Part shown: piece by piece, positions 9,713 to 23,634 of the stretch
How the letters are laid out: every line of letters starts with the position of its first letter
How positions within the stretch are numbered: position 1 is the stretch's first letter
DNA from: an uncultured Clostridia bacterium
Lineage (GTDB): Bacteria > Bacillota > Clostridia > Christensenellales > CAG-314
NCBI GenBank assembly: GCA_947630455.1
Contig: CANRHP010000001.1
Span: 25,651 to 89,650 of the forward strand
Reading direction: 5' to 3'
Length of the DNA: 64,000 nt
Translations under genes and position numbers: made by a program
The notes under the pieces: generated by a model
What the model saw: the letters and a program-made list of their open reading frames with translations, nothing else
Told to the model about the DNA's origin: nothing
Databases searched by the model: none

Positions 9713-10890
9713 TTGCCGATAGCCCTATCCAAGATGAGATTTGCCACATCGCTCTTGCTCATCTCGGGGTAGTCAGTTGTACCGTCTGCCGTCACAAAAG
9801 TTACGACATCGGTGTCGTTACCGAAAACATCATTATGTTTTACATCGTTAAGTACCGCGATATCAGCGTGTTTTTTTATGAGCTTTTCTTTGGCATTTGA
9901 TATACCGTTGTCCGTTTCAGCAGCAAAAATACACAAAAATTTATTTCCTTTGCGCTCTCCGATATGCTCCGCAATATCGGGGTTTTTAACCAATTTCAAA
10001 TTGAGCGTATCCCCTTTGATTTTACTTTCGGAAACATGTTCGGGTCGGTAATCGCATGGTGCGCCCGCCAAAATGAAAATGTCATGGTCTTCTACACGCG
10101 CCAACGCTTCCTGCAGCATATCCTGCGTAGTGGCAACGTTTACGACAACGGCACGATCGTCGATATCCACAGTGTGCTTACCCAACAAGACGGTTACTTC
10201 GGCACCGCGGTTGAGGGCGGCATCTACTACAGCGCTGCCCATTTTTCCGCTGGAAAAATTAGTGAGATATCTGACGTCGTCAAGCTTTTCAATAGTTGCG
10301 CCGCAGCTGACAAGAACGCGCTTGCCCAATAAGTCACTGTTGGGACAGAGCAGCTCGACACAGTTATCTACAATAGTTTGCGGCTCTGCCATACGGCCGT
10401 CGCCAACGTCACCGCAAGCAAGGAAACCGCTCTCGGCGTTGACGACATACACTCCGCGGTTACGAAGCGTTTGCAAATTTGCATTAAATGATTTGCTATG
10501 GTACATGTTGACATTCATAGCCGGACACACCACTATGGGCGCTTTTGTAGCCATAAGCGTTGTGGACAGCATATCGTCGGCAATGCCGTTAGCCAACTTG
10601 CCTATAATATTGGCTGTTGCAGGGCAAACCACAAACAAATGGGCTTTTTTTGCAAGAGAAACGTGTTCCACCTCCCAATGTCCTCCGCGACGGAACATAT
10701 CCGTGACAACAGGGCGATTGGAAAGTGTTTCAAACGTGAGGGGCGTGACAAACTCCGTCGCATTTTTCGTCATAATGACATCGACGTTTGCTCCCAACCT
10801 TTTGAAAAGGCGTACTACCTGGCACACCTTGTATACGGCAATGCCGCCGCTTACGCCTATAACGATGTTTTTCCCCTGTAACCTTTGCAT
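9709..10890 (-). CDS. coaBC: bifunctional phosphopantothenoylcysteine decarboxylase/synthetase
   Basis: GVSGGIAVYK, PAMNVNMY and SSGKMG motifs. 4-nt overlap with priA. Confidence 0.95.
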   Translation of the reverse strand: MQRLQGKNIVIGVSGGIAVYKVCQVVRLFKRLGANVDVIMTKNATEFVTPLTFETLSNRPVVTDMFRRGGHWEVEHVSLAKKAHLFVVCPATANIIGKLANGIADDMLSTTLMATKAPIVVCPAMNVNMYHSKSFNANLQTLRNRGVYVVNAESGFLACGDVGDGRMAEPQTIVDNCVELLCPNSDLLGKRVLVSCGATIEKLDDVRYLTNFSSGKMGSAVVDAALNRGAEVTVLLGKHTVDIDDRAVVVNVATTQDMLQEALARVEDHDIFILAGAPCDYRPEHVSESKIKGDTLNLKLVKNPDIAEHIGERKGNKFLCIFAAETDNGISNAKEKLIKKHADIAVLNDVKHNDVFGNDTDVVTFVTADGTTDYPEMSKSDVANLILDRAIGK

Positions 10891-11075
10891 TACTTATCCG
10901 CAATCTCCGTAATGCCGTCATCAAATTCGCCGGCGGCATAAGTGATTGGTTTGAAATTTTGCGGCAGCTCAGGACTGTTGTTGAGCTCCTTTGCACGTTT
11001 GGCAATAACGCAGCAAAGAGTATACTTGTCGCCGGCTTTTTCCGTCAATTCATCAATGGGAGGTTTAGTGATCAT
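10890..11075 (-). CDS. rpoZ: DNA-directed RNA polymerase subunit omega
   Basis: 61 aa, PPIDELTEKAGDKYTLCCVIAKRAKEL is typical of omega. Located between gmk and coaBC. Confidence 0.88.
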   Translation of the reverse strand: MITKPPIDELTEKAGDKYTLCCVIAKRAKELNNSPELPQNFKPITYAAGEFDDGITEIADK

Positions 11076-11647
11076 TATTTGCTTCTCCTTTCTTTAAGAA
11101 TACTGATAATTTCCGCCACTGCTCTGTCAACATCATCGTTCATTATACAGTAGTCGTATTTGTAGCGTTGTGCAAGTTCCAATTTATTACGCGCCATTCG
11201 GATTTGAATTTTTTCTTCACTTTCGCTGCCGCGTTTTTTGAGACGTTCATAAAGTGCCTGTTCGCTTGGCGCTTCGATAAAGAACAATATGCTGTCCTCA
11301 TAGTTTTGCTTGACTTGTAATGCGCCCTTGACGTCGATTTCCAAAATAACATCCTTGCCAAAGTTCAGCATATCAACGACGAACTTTTTGGGCGTACCGT
11401 AGTAGTTTTCAAAATGCTGATCGTATTCCAACAATTCGTTTTTGCGCACCATATCGAGGAACGTGTCTTCGGATACGAAAAAATAACTGCGATCTCTACG
11501 CTCGTTGGGACGCGGTGCGCGTGTTGTAACCGAGCAGGACAACACCAAATCCGGCATAAGTTTCATCAGTTCGGCACATATAGTACCTTTACCTGCGCCG
11601 CTGGGTCCGGAAATGATGATGAGTTTACCTTGCTTTTTTTCTTCCAT
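11075..11647 (-). CDS. gmk: guanylate kinase
   Basis: P-loop GPSGAGKGT and VTTRAPRPNE motif. Confidence 0.95.
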   Translation of the reverse strand: MEEKKQGKLIIISGPSGAGKGTICAELMKLMPDLVLSCSVTTRAPRPNERRDRSYFFVSEDTFLDMVRKNELLEYDQHFENYYGTPKKFVVDMLNFGKDVILEIDVKGALQVKQNYEDSILFFIEAPSEQALYERLKKRGSESEEKIQIRMARNKLELAQRYKYDYCIMNDDVDRAVAEIISILKERRSK

Positions 11648-11668
11648 AAATAATTTTCTCCAATGTAT

Positions 11669-12547
11669 TTACTCCAGATTTTGTATCTGTTCGCGAATTT
11701 TTTCTATTTCGTTTTTCATTTGTAAAGCGACATCTGTTAATTGCAAATCGGAGGATTTACTACAAATTGTATTTGTTTCCCGATTAAATTCCTGTACCAA
11801 AAAGTCCAGCTTTCTACCGACAGGCTCATCTGATGAAAGCATTTGACGCGCGTGAATTATGTGCGAAGCCAAACGGGTAATTTCCTCGTCGATACAGCAT
11901 TTATCCGCAAAGAAACAAACTTCATTCATCAACTTTCCTTCGTCCAGCTGTATGTCACCCAGTGCCTCCGTCACACGCGCCCGCAATTTATCGCGATAAT
12001 CCAGCGCAACTGTCGGTGCGTATTCCTTTACTTTGTTGAGTAATTGCTCGAATAAGTCGATTTTTTTGAGAAGATTGTCACGAAGCAAATTTCCTTCTTT
12101 CTCGCGCATCACATTCAGATTCCGCACTGCTTCGTCCACCGCCGCAGCCACCATATCGCGCAATTCATCTGCATCATCTTCCGTTTGCTCAACATTGATT
12201 ACATCTGCAGAACGCATGAGCGCACTTATGTTGAAATCGTGATGCAATTCGGGAAAAGAAAGACTGAGCTTGTGTGCAGCCTCAACATAGCCTTTTGCAA
12301 GCGCAACGTCGACGGTAACTTTTTTGTCCGTTTCGCCGACAAGCGTGTAGCTCAAAAAAACATCCACATGTCCTCGTGATAAGCCCCTTGCGAGTCCGTT
12401 TCTAATCACATCTTCACAGAAAATGAAAGCGCGTGGAATTTTTGTGGAAACGTCCAAAAAACGGTGGTTGACTGTTTTAAGCTCTACTGTCAGTTCACGG
12501 TTTTCGCGTGTTATCGTCGCTTTGCCGTAGCCCGTCATACTTTTCAT
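11669..12547 (-). CDS. YicC/YloC-family stress-induced endoribonuclease
   Basis: MKSMTGYGKA N-terminus and DUF1732-like C-terminus (EEITRL...GRKLDFLVQEFNRETNTI). First gene of the operon, as yloC is in B. subtilis. Confidence 0.9.
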   Translation of the reverse strand: MKSMTGYGKATITRENRELTVELKTVNHRFLDVSTKIPRAFIFCEDVIRNGLARGLSRGHVDVFLSYTLVGETDKKVTVDVALAKGYVEAAHKLSLSFPELHHDFNISALMRSADVINVEQTEDDADELRDMVAAAVDEAVRNLNVMREKEGNLLRDNLLKKIDLFEQLLNKVKEYAPTVALDYRDKLRARVTEALGDIQLDEGKLMNEVCFFADKCCIDEEITRLASHIIHARQMLSSDEPVGRKLDFLVQEFNRETNTICSKSSDLQLTDVALQMKNEIEKIREQIQNLE

Positions 12548-12579
12548 TATTCTGTCGCTCCATTATTTTTCGATAGTAT

Positions 12580-12608
12580 ATTGTAGCACAACGGCAGCAA
12601 TTTTTCAA
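12580..12608 (-). promoter_or_regulatory. sigma-A promoter of the yicC-to-rpe operon
   Basis: On the minus strand: TTGAAA (12603-12608), 17 nt, TACAAT (12580-12585) preceded by TGc. About 32 nt upstream of the yicC ATG. Confidence 0.6.
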
Positions 12609-12699
12609 TCAATCTCGAATAAATTTTAAAATAATATAATTAATAAAAATATTACCCAAAGGAACCTCTCAGCTAAGTATGATGCTTGAAGAATTTAAG

Positions 12700-16885
<4,186 letters not shown>

Positions 16886-16956
16886 AATATACTCCGATTT
16901 TCAAATAAATCTTTTACTACCCCGTAAGTGCAGAAATCAAAAAGAACACAAGCTTT

Positions 16957-17598
16957 CTAATCAGTTTTGCCGCGTGTATTTTTTCGTTTGGTAAGCTCGC
17001 TTTCGCGCATAGCGTCCTTGCCCTTACCGTACCTGCGAATATATTTTCGCTGCACAGCAAAACCGAAACGTCCGAGATGTCTACCCGTTGCATAGTATTC
17101 ACCATGCTGATAGTTGACCAAATTGACTTTGGAATAATCTATAGCGCCTTTGTCATCCAGTAATGCCTCGTCTACGTCCACTGCAAACACATCAGATAAA
17201 AACATATCGTGAGAACCAAGACACAGCACATCAAAGACCTTACATTCTATATTTATCGGACTTTCCTCAATCAGCGGCGCTCCGACTGTGTTTGCCTTGC
17301 CTTTGGTAAAATGCATTTCGGCAAATTTGTCCACATCTCTACCGCTGCGGATACCGCACCAATCGCAGGCGGCAAGAAGCTTATCGGTAGTAAAATTGAT
17401 GACAAATTCTCCGCACTCTTTAAGAAGTCGATAACTATGTCTGTCACGGCGTACGGAAATGTACACACGCGGTGGATTTGAGCATATTATACCCGTCCAC
17501 GCGACTGTAATTATATTGGCTTTTTCTTTACCCACCGATACCATTACGACAGGCAGCGGCGCCAACAAATTGGCACCCTTGAGTTGTATTTTTGCCAT
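16957..17598 (-). CDS. flavin reductase family protein
   Basis: LLAPLPVVMVSVGKEKANIITVAWTG...NPPRVYISVR matches the flavin reductase-like domain. Lys/Arg-rich C-terminal tail. Confidence 0.75.
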   Translation of the reverse strand: MAKIQLKGANLLAPLPVVMVSVGKEKANIITVAWTGIICSNPPRVYISVRRDRHSYRLLKECGEFVINFTTDKLLAACDWCGIRSGRDVDKFAEMHFTKGKANTVGAPLIEESPINIECKVFDVLCLGSHDMFLSDVFAVDVDEALLDDKGAIDYSKVNLVNYQHGEYYATGRHLGRFGFAVQRKYIRRYGKGKDAMRESELTKRKNTRGKTD

Positions 17599-17601
17599 AA
17601 G

Positions 17602-18225
17602 TCAATTTTGCTCAAAGTGAGCCAATAATCGTCCTTTTATCTCAATAACAGCTTTCCCCAAAGTATATTGAGATACTATGTCGAAAATAGTATTTGATAA
17701 ATCGGTCGGAAACTGATATAGTAGTCTGACTTTATCCTCGTAAAAGACACTTTCTTCCTTTGCATATCCCTGTAAAGCCTTGCGCAAAGGCTTGAGATAA
17801 GTATATTCGGTGATCACCTGAGCACGCGTGCAATCCGTCATTGTGATTCGAGCTGCCAGCTTGAGACTTTCGGCGCAGCTTCCACCGTATGCACGCACAA
17901 GACCGCCCGCCCCCAGCTTTATTCCGCCGAAATAGCGCGTCACAACCACACAAATATAATCCAGCCCGTTTTGCTTGATACATTCGTAAATAGGCATGCC
18001 TGCGGTGCCCTGCGGTTCTCCGTCGTCGCTGAACTTTGCTTTGTCACCGACAATGTAGGAATAGCAATTGTGCGTTGCGTCGTAAAACTGTTTGCGTTTG
18101 GACTCCACAAACCGCACCGCTTGTTCCATATCATCAACATGTACAGCTGCAGCGATAAAACGAGATTTGTCTATTACCGTTTCGTAAACAACTTCTGTGT
18201 TGCCTACAGTTACGTACTCTTTCAT
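17602..18225 (-). CDS. YigZ/IMPACT-family protein (UPF0029)
   Basis: SRFIAAA...ATHNCYSY...DDGEPQGTAGMPI...VVVTRYFGGIKLGAGGLVRAY signature. Confidence 0.88.
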   Translation of the reverse strand: MKEYVTVGNTEVVYETVIDKSRFIAAAVHVDDMEQAVRFVESKRKQFYDATHNCYSYIVGDKAKFSDDGEPQGTAGMPIYECIKQNGLDYICVVVTRYFGGIKLGAGGLVRAYGGSCAESLKLAARITMTDCTRAQVITEYTYLKPLRKALQGYAKEESVFYEDKVRLLYQFPTDLSNTIFDIVSQYTLGKAVIEIKGRLLAHFEQN

Positions 18226-19427
18226 TACTTGACAATTTTCACGCGGAGGTGCACCTTCTTGCCCTTATGCAGAACAAACTCGCCCTTTTGCTGCAATTCC
18301 GCGGATAAGCTCCAACTTGCTGACGTAATTTTGATATCATTTATCGAAACACCGCCGCCTTCGACAAGTCGACGAGCTTCACCATTGGATTTACATTGAC
18401 CGCATTTTACAAGGATATCTATTATATTGCCCGGTTCGGAAATCTCTACAACAGGCATATTCTCAACATCCGCACTGAACGAAGCACGAACCTGTCTCAA
18501 CACGTCATCGGCAACATCCCTACCGTGGACTATTGACGTCACCTCGTAGGCAAGGCGCTCCTTTGCAATATTCATACGTTCATCACAATGCGCCGTTAAC
18601 TCTTTTATTTCCTCCAAGCTTACGAAGGTCAGCAGTTTCAGACATGTTTCTACGCGGGCATCCTCGACATTTCGCCAATATTGGAAAAAGTCGTATGGAC
18701 TGGTTTTCTCGGCGTCCAACCATATAGCGCCTTTTGCCGTTTTACCCATCTTTTTGCCGTCTGACGTTGTGAGCAGCTGATATGTCAAAGCGTACGCCTT
18801 TTTTCCCTCCTTGCGGCGGATCAAATCGGCGCCTGCAAGCATATTGCTCCATTGATCGTCACCGCCCGTTTGCAACACGCAATTGTATTTGCGGTTGAGC
18901 ACAAGGAAGTCGTATGCCTGCATAAGCATATAGTTAAATTCAAGAAAACTCAATCCACGCTCCAAACGCTGCTTAAAACATTCTGCAGTCAGCATTTGAT
19001 TGACGGAGAAGCAGACGCCTATCTCGCGTAAAAAATCAATATAGTTGAGATTCCACAACCAATCGGCATTATTGACGAAAATCGCTTTGTCCACGTCGAT
19101 AAAACGCGACATTTGCTTTTTGAAACATTCCACATTGTGCAATATGGTTTCCTTGCTTAGCATCGTGCGCATGTCGGTACGTCCGCTCGGATCCCCAACC
19201 ATTGCCGTTCCGCCTCCAATCAAAATGATGGGCGTATGCCCCGCACGCTGCAGATGAGCCATAGCCATTAGCGTAACAAAATGACCCGCCGTCAGACTGT
19301 CCGCAGTAGGATCATAGCCATTGTAAAAGGTGACCTTTTCCTTTCCCATCAGCTCATAAAGCTCATCACCGAATACCGTTTGCTTAATATATCCGCGCTC
19401 TTGGAGCACATCCAGTACGTTCTTCAT
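18225..19427 (-). CDS. tyrS: tyrosine-tRNA ligase
   Basis: GYDPTADSLTAGH (HIGH-type), KMGKT (KMSKS-type) and a C-terminal S4 domain. AGGAG SD. Confidence 0.95.
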   Translation of the reverse strand: MKNVLDVLQERGYIKQTVFGDELYELMGKEKVTFYNGYDPTADSLTAGHFVTLMAMAHLQRAGHTPIILIGGGTAMVGDPSGRTDMRTMLSKETILHNVECFKKQMSRFIDVDKAIFVNNADWLWNLNYIDFLREIGVCFSVNQMLTAECFKQRLERGLSFLEFNYMLMQAYDFLVLNRKYNCVLQTGGDDQWSNMLAGADLIRRKEGKKAYALTYQLLTTSDGKKMGKTAKGAIWLDAEKTSPYDFFQYWRNVEDARVETCLKLLTFVSLEEIKELTAHCDERMNIAKERLAYEVTSIVHGRDVADDVLRQVRASFSADVENMPVVEISEPGNIIDILVKCGQCKSNGEARRLVEGGGVSINDIKITSASWSLSAELQQKGEFVLHKGKKVHLRVKIVK

Positions 19428-19591
19428 ATAAAACTCCTATTGTTTTTACCTTATTGTTAATTTTATTCAAGTCGTTCGCAACAGCGTTGACGTGATTTCT
19501 ATTTAATTTTGACGATCAATTTACGAGATACTTGTCTAAATCATTGTACACCAATCTTCATTCGCACGCGTTGGCAAATAATTATTTTGTA

Positions 19592-21334
19592 TTATACCTC
19601 TATACGAACAAAGTATTTGGTTGCTTTGCTGCTCATAATCTTATACGAGACAACGGCAAAAACAACTCCCAACACCAAATCCGCCAACCACATGCAGAGG
19701 ACGAAGTACCAACCGTTCGTAACGCCGTAAAGGACTGCAAATGGCGCCGAAATCAACACAACGGAAAAGACGCACAGAAGAGCAATAAGCATTGCGATCC
19801 AACTGTTCCTGGCATTTTTGAGCCCTTGATTGAAATTGTCCCAACCTATTCGGGGTTGTTTGAGATCCAACACGGTGGTAATACACATAGAACCGAAACC
19901 GATCAGCGCCATCGTTATCAGCATTGCAAGTCCATAGTACCACTCAATTCCGAACAAAGCCACAATGAGCACGCATGACACAAAATCGCTTGTTACCATA
20001 ACCGCAGTTGCAAGCAGAACCTTAGCTAACAAAATCTTGTTGAAAGACACAGGCAAGCTTTTGAGAACATACAAAGCCCTGTTCTCGCGGGATATGGGAT
20101 ATATGCCCAATACATTTGTACTGCATCCGAGGAACGTCATATATGCCAATATCACTAACGGAGCAATTACCTGGTAAAGAGGCTCAATACTCATAAGCTC
20201 CAAAAATGAGGTATCTCCGGAATCGGACAAGCCTGTGAAAAAATACAATATCACTACAATAAGCGGCATCATAATGATACCTGCAAAAGATTGAAATCCC
20301 ACCTGCGCATCTCTTAGGGTACGTTTGATATCGGTAAGAATAAACTCTCTAACAATACCCTTGTTTTTTACTTTGTAGCGATTTGCACTATGTTTAGGCG
20401 CCGCTCCACCTTCTTCTACAGACATTGTGAGCATTTTGCGATAGAACGGCAGAGACACCAACATCACCAGCCCCAACAAAGCGATATTCTCACCCAATGC
20501 TGCGATAAAGCCGACTAACCAATTCAAAAAGCCTGCAGCCAACATACTGCTCATCAACATGTAGTTGGGATGAAAGTACGGCATTACGTTTTGCAGCTTG
20601 TTTGTCATGGCAACCAAAATATCGTTGATATATACTTCGGGATTGTCCAATATGTTGCCGTTTTCCGAGCCGGTAAGAAAGCCGAATCCATACATTAAAT
20701 ACATGTACAGCGCCATAATCAACACATATATCACGATGCGTAAAATTGTTTTTATCGCGCTGTTTTTTCCAAAAGCAGCAACCAAAGCGGAAAGCGGCAT
20801 GGAAATAAGCGTACCGACAAGCATAGGAAGCATAGGAATGAGCAGCAACGCGATTGGCAACATCAAATAAAACCCGACGCCAACGTTAGCCCCTATTCCA
20901 AAGGGAATCAGTACCACAGCAAGGGAAACAGCCGAGGTGAGAAGCTCGTTTAAATATGCGACCGTGAGCTTTGCCAAAAAAATCACATGATACTTCACGG
21001 GCAAATAAAGCAGTCTATCTGCATCCCTTACGACAAATACATTTGACATGATAGAATGTACGCCGAACATCAATACCAAGCCTTGACACAACAAGGTCAA
21101 GAAGGTGCCGAGATACACATTGCCGCCCGAAAGCTTACCCATATAATACATGGCGACGGCAAGACTGACGAGCAACGGCGCCAAGCACAATGCAAGCAAC
21201 ACAATGACCGCAGCGGCTCCCGCACGCCTCTTTCCTTCTTTGGCGGATTGAGCGTCAGAAGCTCTCTTTTTGTTGAACGTCATCTTGAATTGTTGTATAA
21301 ACAACAGCTTTACCAACGCTAAATATTTTTTCAT
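19592..21334 (-). CDS. putative ABC exporter permease (multi-TM)
   Basis: 580 aa with at least 12 hydrophobic helices. 4-nt overlap with the upstream ABC ATPase. Resembles the 'putative ABC exporter' family, from memory only. Confidence 0.6.
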   Translation of the reverse strand: MKKYLALVKLLFIQQFKMTFNKKRASDAQSAKEGKRRAGAAAVIVLLALCLAPLLVSLAVAMYYMGKLSGGNVYLGTFLTLLCQGLVLMFGVHSIMSNVFVVRDADRLLYLPVKYHVIFLAKLTVAYLNELLTSAVSLAVVLIPFGIGANVGVGFYLMLPIALLLIPMLPMLVGTLISMPLSALVAAFGKNSAIKTILRIVIYVLIMALYMYLMYGFGFLTGSENGNILDNPEVYINDILVAMTNKLQNVMPYFHPNYMLMSSMLAAGFLNWLVGFIAALGENIALLGLVMLVSLPFYRKMLTMSVEEGGAAPKHSANRYKVKNKGIVREFILTDIKRTLRDAQVGFQSFAGIIMMPLIVVILYFFTGLSDSGDTSFLELMSIEPLYQVIAPLVILAYMTFLGCSTNVLGIYPISRENRALYVLKSLPVSFNKILLAKVLLATAVMVTSDFVSCVLIVALFGIEWYYGLAMLITMALIGFGSMCITTVLDLKQPRIGWDNFNQGLKNARNSWIAMLIALLCVFSVVLISAPFAVLYGVTNGWYFVLCMWLADLVLGVVFAVVSYKIMSSKATKYFVRIEV

Positions 21335-22062
21335 TTATGCTCTCCGTCGGAGGTTACAGTCAAAAACAGGCTTTCAAGGGATACAGAGCTATCGGCACGA
21401 ATATTGTCGAGCGTATCTACAGCTACAAGCTTTCCGTGGTTAATGATGGCAATACGATCGCATACTTTTTCCACCACATCTATAACGTGCGAACTGAAAA
21501 AAACGGTGTTGCCCATATCCGCCTGAGTGCGCATAAGCTGCTTAAGACGGTATGCCGACTGCGGATCCAAGCCGGTCAACGGTTCGTCCAGTACCCACAC
21601 CTTGGGGTCGTGTATAACCGCAGCAATAACGGAAAGCTTTTGCTTCATCCCATGCGAATATGAGCCGATCATATTGGGAAGAGCCTCAGTCATATCAAAC
21701 ATATCTGCATACAAATCTATCTTCTGTTTGAGCTGTTCCGTTGACATGCCGTACATCGTTCCGATAAAATTGAGATACTCAACGCCTCTGAGCGTGTCGT
21801 AGATCTCATGATTGTCCGGTACAAACCCCAAAAGAGACTTTGCCGCCACAGGATTGTCGGTGATATTAACTCCGTCGATCTCTATCGTACCGCTGTCGGG
21901 AGCAAGGATACCCGTCAACATTTTGATAGTTGTGGATTTGCCTGCGCCGTTTGGTCCCAAAAAACCAAAAATCTCACCCGATTTGATTTCCAGTGTAAGG
22001 TCGTCCACCGCTTTCGTTCTCGACTTAGAGTAAGTTTTAGATACATTGTAAAGCCTAATCAT
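21331..22062 (-). CDS. ABC transporter ATP-binding protein
   Basis: Walker A GPNGAGKSTT, signature YSHGMKQKL, Walker B VWVLDEP. Start set to the ATG at 22062 (MIRLYNVSK, GGAGA SD), overlapping the rarA stop. Confidence 0.92.
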   Translation of the reverse strand: MIRLYNVSKTYSKSRTKAVDDLTLEIKSGEIFGFLGPNGAGKSTTIKMLTGILAPDSGTIEIDGVNITDNPVAAKSLLGFVPDNHEIYDTLRGVEYLNFIGTMYGMSTEQLKQKIDLYADMFDMTEALPNMIGSYSHGMKQKLSVIAAVIHDPKVWVLDEPLTGLDPQSAYRLKQLMRTQADMGNTVFFSSHVIDVVEKVCDRIAIINHGKLVAVDTLDNIRADSSVSLESLFLTVTSDGEHK

Positions 22063-23413
22063 TTTTGTCTCCGTCAAACCATTTGTTTGGTACAGGCTGC
22101 CGCTCAAAATCCTTTTTGTTTTTGCTTTGACGACATCCCGTGTCCTGTCCTATACCACTGGGAACATAAAATACTGCGTCTTTTACCTCGTCCGGCAAGT
22201 ACTGCTGCTCGACCCATCCGCCATAGTTGTGAGGATATTTGTACGATGGACTGTCCGGCTCTTCCGTACCGCGAGGGTAATTTTCATCCATCAAATATCG
22301 AGGGACTCTCGCTGTAGGATGATTTTTCGCGCTGTCCTCCGCAGCGTACAGTGTGTTTACTACACTGTTGGATTTGGGACAGTTGCAAATGTAAAGAATC
22401 GCCTCGGAAAGAGGAATTCGTCCCTCGGGCAGTCCTATATTCTGAAAGGCAGTAAGCGCGCTTGTCGCCACTACCAAAGCTTGCGGATCGGCAAGACCGA
22501 CATCCTCGGCGGCATGTATCACTATGCGGCGGGCAAGCAACAAAGGGTCTGTGCCCGCTTCCAACAGCCGCTCAAACCAGAACATCGCCGCATTGGCGTC
22601 ACTGCCGCGCATACTTTTAATAAAAGCGCTTATCATATCGTAGTACATGCCCGTATCTACGCTCAAAGCCTTTTTTTGCATGGATTGCGAAGCAACAAGC
22701 CTCGTTACATGAACAGCACCATCCTGCTCTATATCCGTCGTCATTACAGCAAGCTCCAGTGCATTGTAGGCGTTGCGGAGATCGCCGGAAGCTGTTTCGC
22801 AAATGTAATCCAATGCGTCATCATCCAACACTATTTTGCGGCGGGAAAGTATTTTGTCCCGCTTCAAGGCGCTCAAAAGTCCCTTTTTTATGTCATCTTC
22901 TGTTAAAGGCAAAAATTCAAACACGCGGCAACGGGACACGATCGCACGAGTCATACTGACATACGGATTTTCCGTTGTAGAGCCAATAAACGTGATGTAC
23001 CCCTTTTCAATAGACGGCAGCACACAATCGCTCTGAGCCTTGCTCCACCGATGACATTCATCAAGAAGCAAATAAGTCTTTTGTCCATACGCATTGAATC
23101 GGCGCGTCGCTTCGTCGATTATTTTTTTGGCGTCGGAAACTCCGCTGCTGACGGCATTGAGCTTCTCAAAATGACTTCCCGTTGTGTTGGCGATCACGTT
23201 GGCAAGGCTTGTTTTACCCGTACCGGGCGCGCCCCAAAAAATACAGCTGCCCAACTTGTCCGCCTTGATCGCGCGGCAAAGCAAGGAACCGTCGTAAATA
23301 ATATGCGATTGTCCGATAAACTCGCCAAGAACATGCGGCCTCATACGTTCGGCAAGGGGAATGTTGGAAATTTTTTCCTCTTCAAATATGGAATTTTGCT
23401 CATACTGTGCCAT
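22055..23413 (-). CDS. rarA: replication-associated recombination protein A (AAA+ ATPase)
   Basis: PLAERMRP, GAPGTGKTSLA, LLDECHR and a MgsA C-terminal region. Confidence 0.93.
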   Translation of the reverse strand: MAQYEQNSIFEEEKISNIPLAERMRPHVLGEFIGQSHIIYDGSLLCRAIKADKLGSCIFWGAPGTGKTSLANVIANTTGSHFEKLNAVSSGVSDAKKIIDEATRRFNAYGQKTYLLLDECHRWSKAQSDCVLPSIEKGYITFIGSTTENPYVSMTRAIVSRCRVFEFLPLTEDDIKKGLLSALKRDKILSRRKIVLDDDALDYICETASGDLRNAYNALELAVMTTDIEQDGAVHVTRLVASQSMQKKALSVDTGMYYDMISAFIKSMRGSDANAAMFWFERLLEAGTDPLLLARRIVIHAAEDVGLADPQALVVATSALTAFQNIGLPEGRIPLSEAILYICNCPKSNSVVNTLYAAEDSAKNHPTARVPRYLMDENYPRGTEEPDSPSYKYPHNYGGWVEQQYLPDEVKDAVFYVPSGIGQDTGCRQSKNKKDFERQPVPNKWFDGDKND

Positions 23414-23419
23414 ATTACT

Positions 23420-23448
23420 ATTGTACCAAATTTTGCACGAATACGCAA
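23420..23448 (-). promoter_or_regulatory. promoter abutting the rarA start codon (leaderless geometry)
   Basis: Minus strand: TTGCGT (23443-23448), 17 nt, TGgTACAAT (-10 at 23420-23425), then 6 nt (agtaat), then the ATG at 23413. No SD. Confidence 0.5.
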
Positions 23449-23634
23449 GGCAAACAATGCAATTGGATATAAATAAAATAAAATTTTATAAATAAATTTA
23501 TTCTATGTGTATTTTTAAAAAAATTTTTCGTTTAACGTAAAGAAAAGCTTCGTCCAATAAAATTGAGCGCACAAAATCATATCGTATACAAGGATCGCTA
23601 TGCGCATCGTATTTTTAGGGCGTACAAATATAAA

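Noticed and set aside
10073-10912. 279-aa ORF antisense to coaBC. Similar antisense ORFs lie opposite rlmN (3708-4373), rarA (22127-22906) and the DUF2974 genes.
   Set aside because: Each lies opposite a confidently identified gene and has Ser/Thr/Arg-rich, non-protein-like composition.
19428-19591. An expected T-box leader upstream of tyrS.
   Set aside because: No GGTGGTACCGCG-like core, F-box or terminator is present in the 164-nt gap. Only an AGGAG SD is seen.
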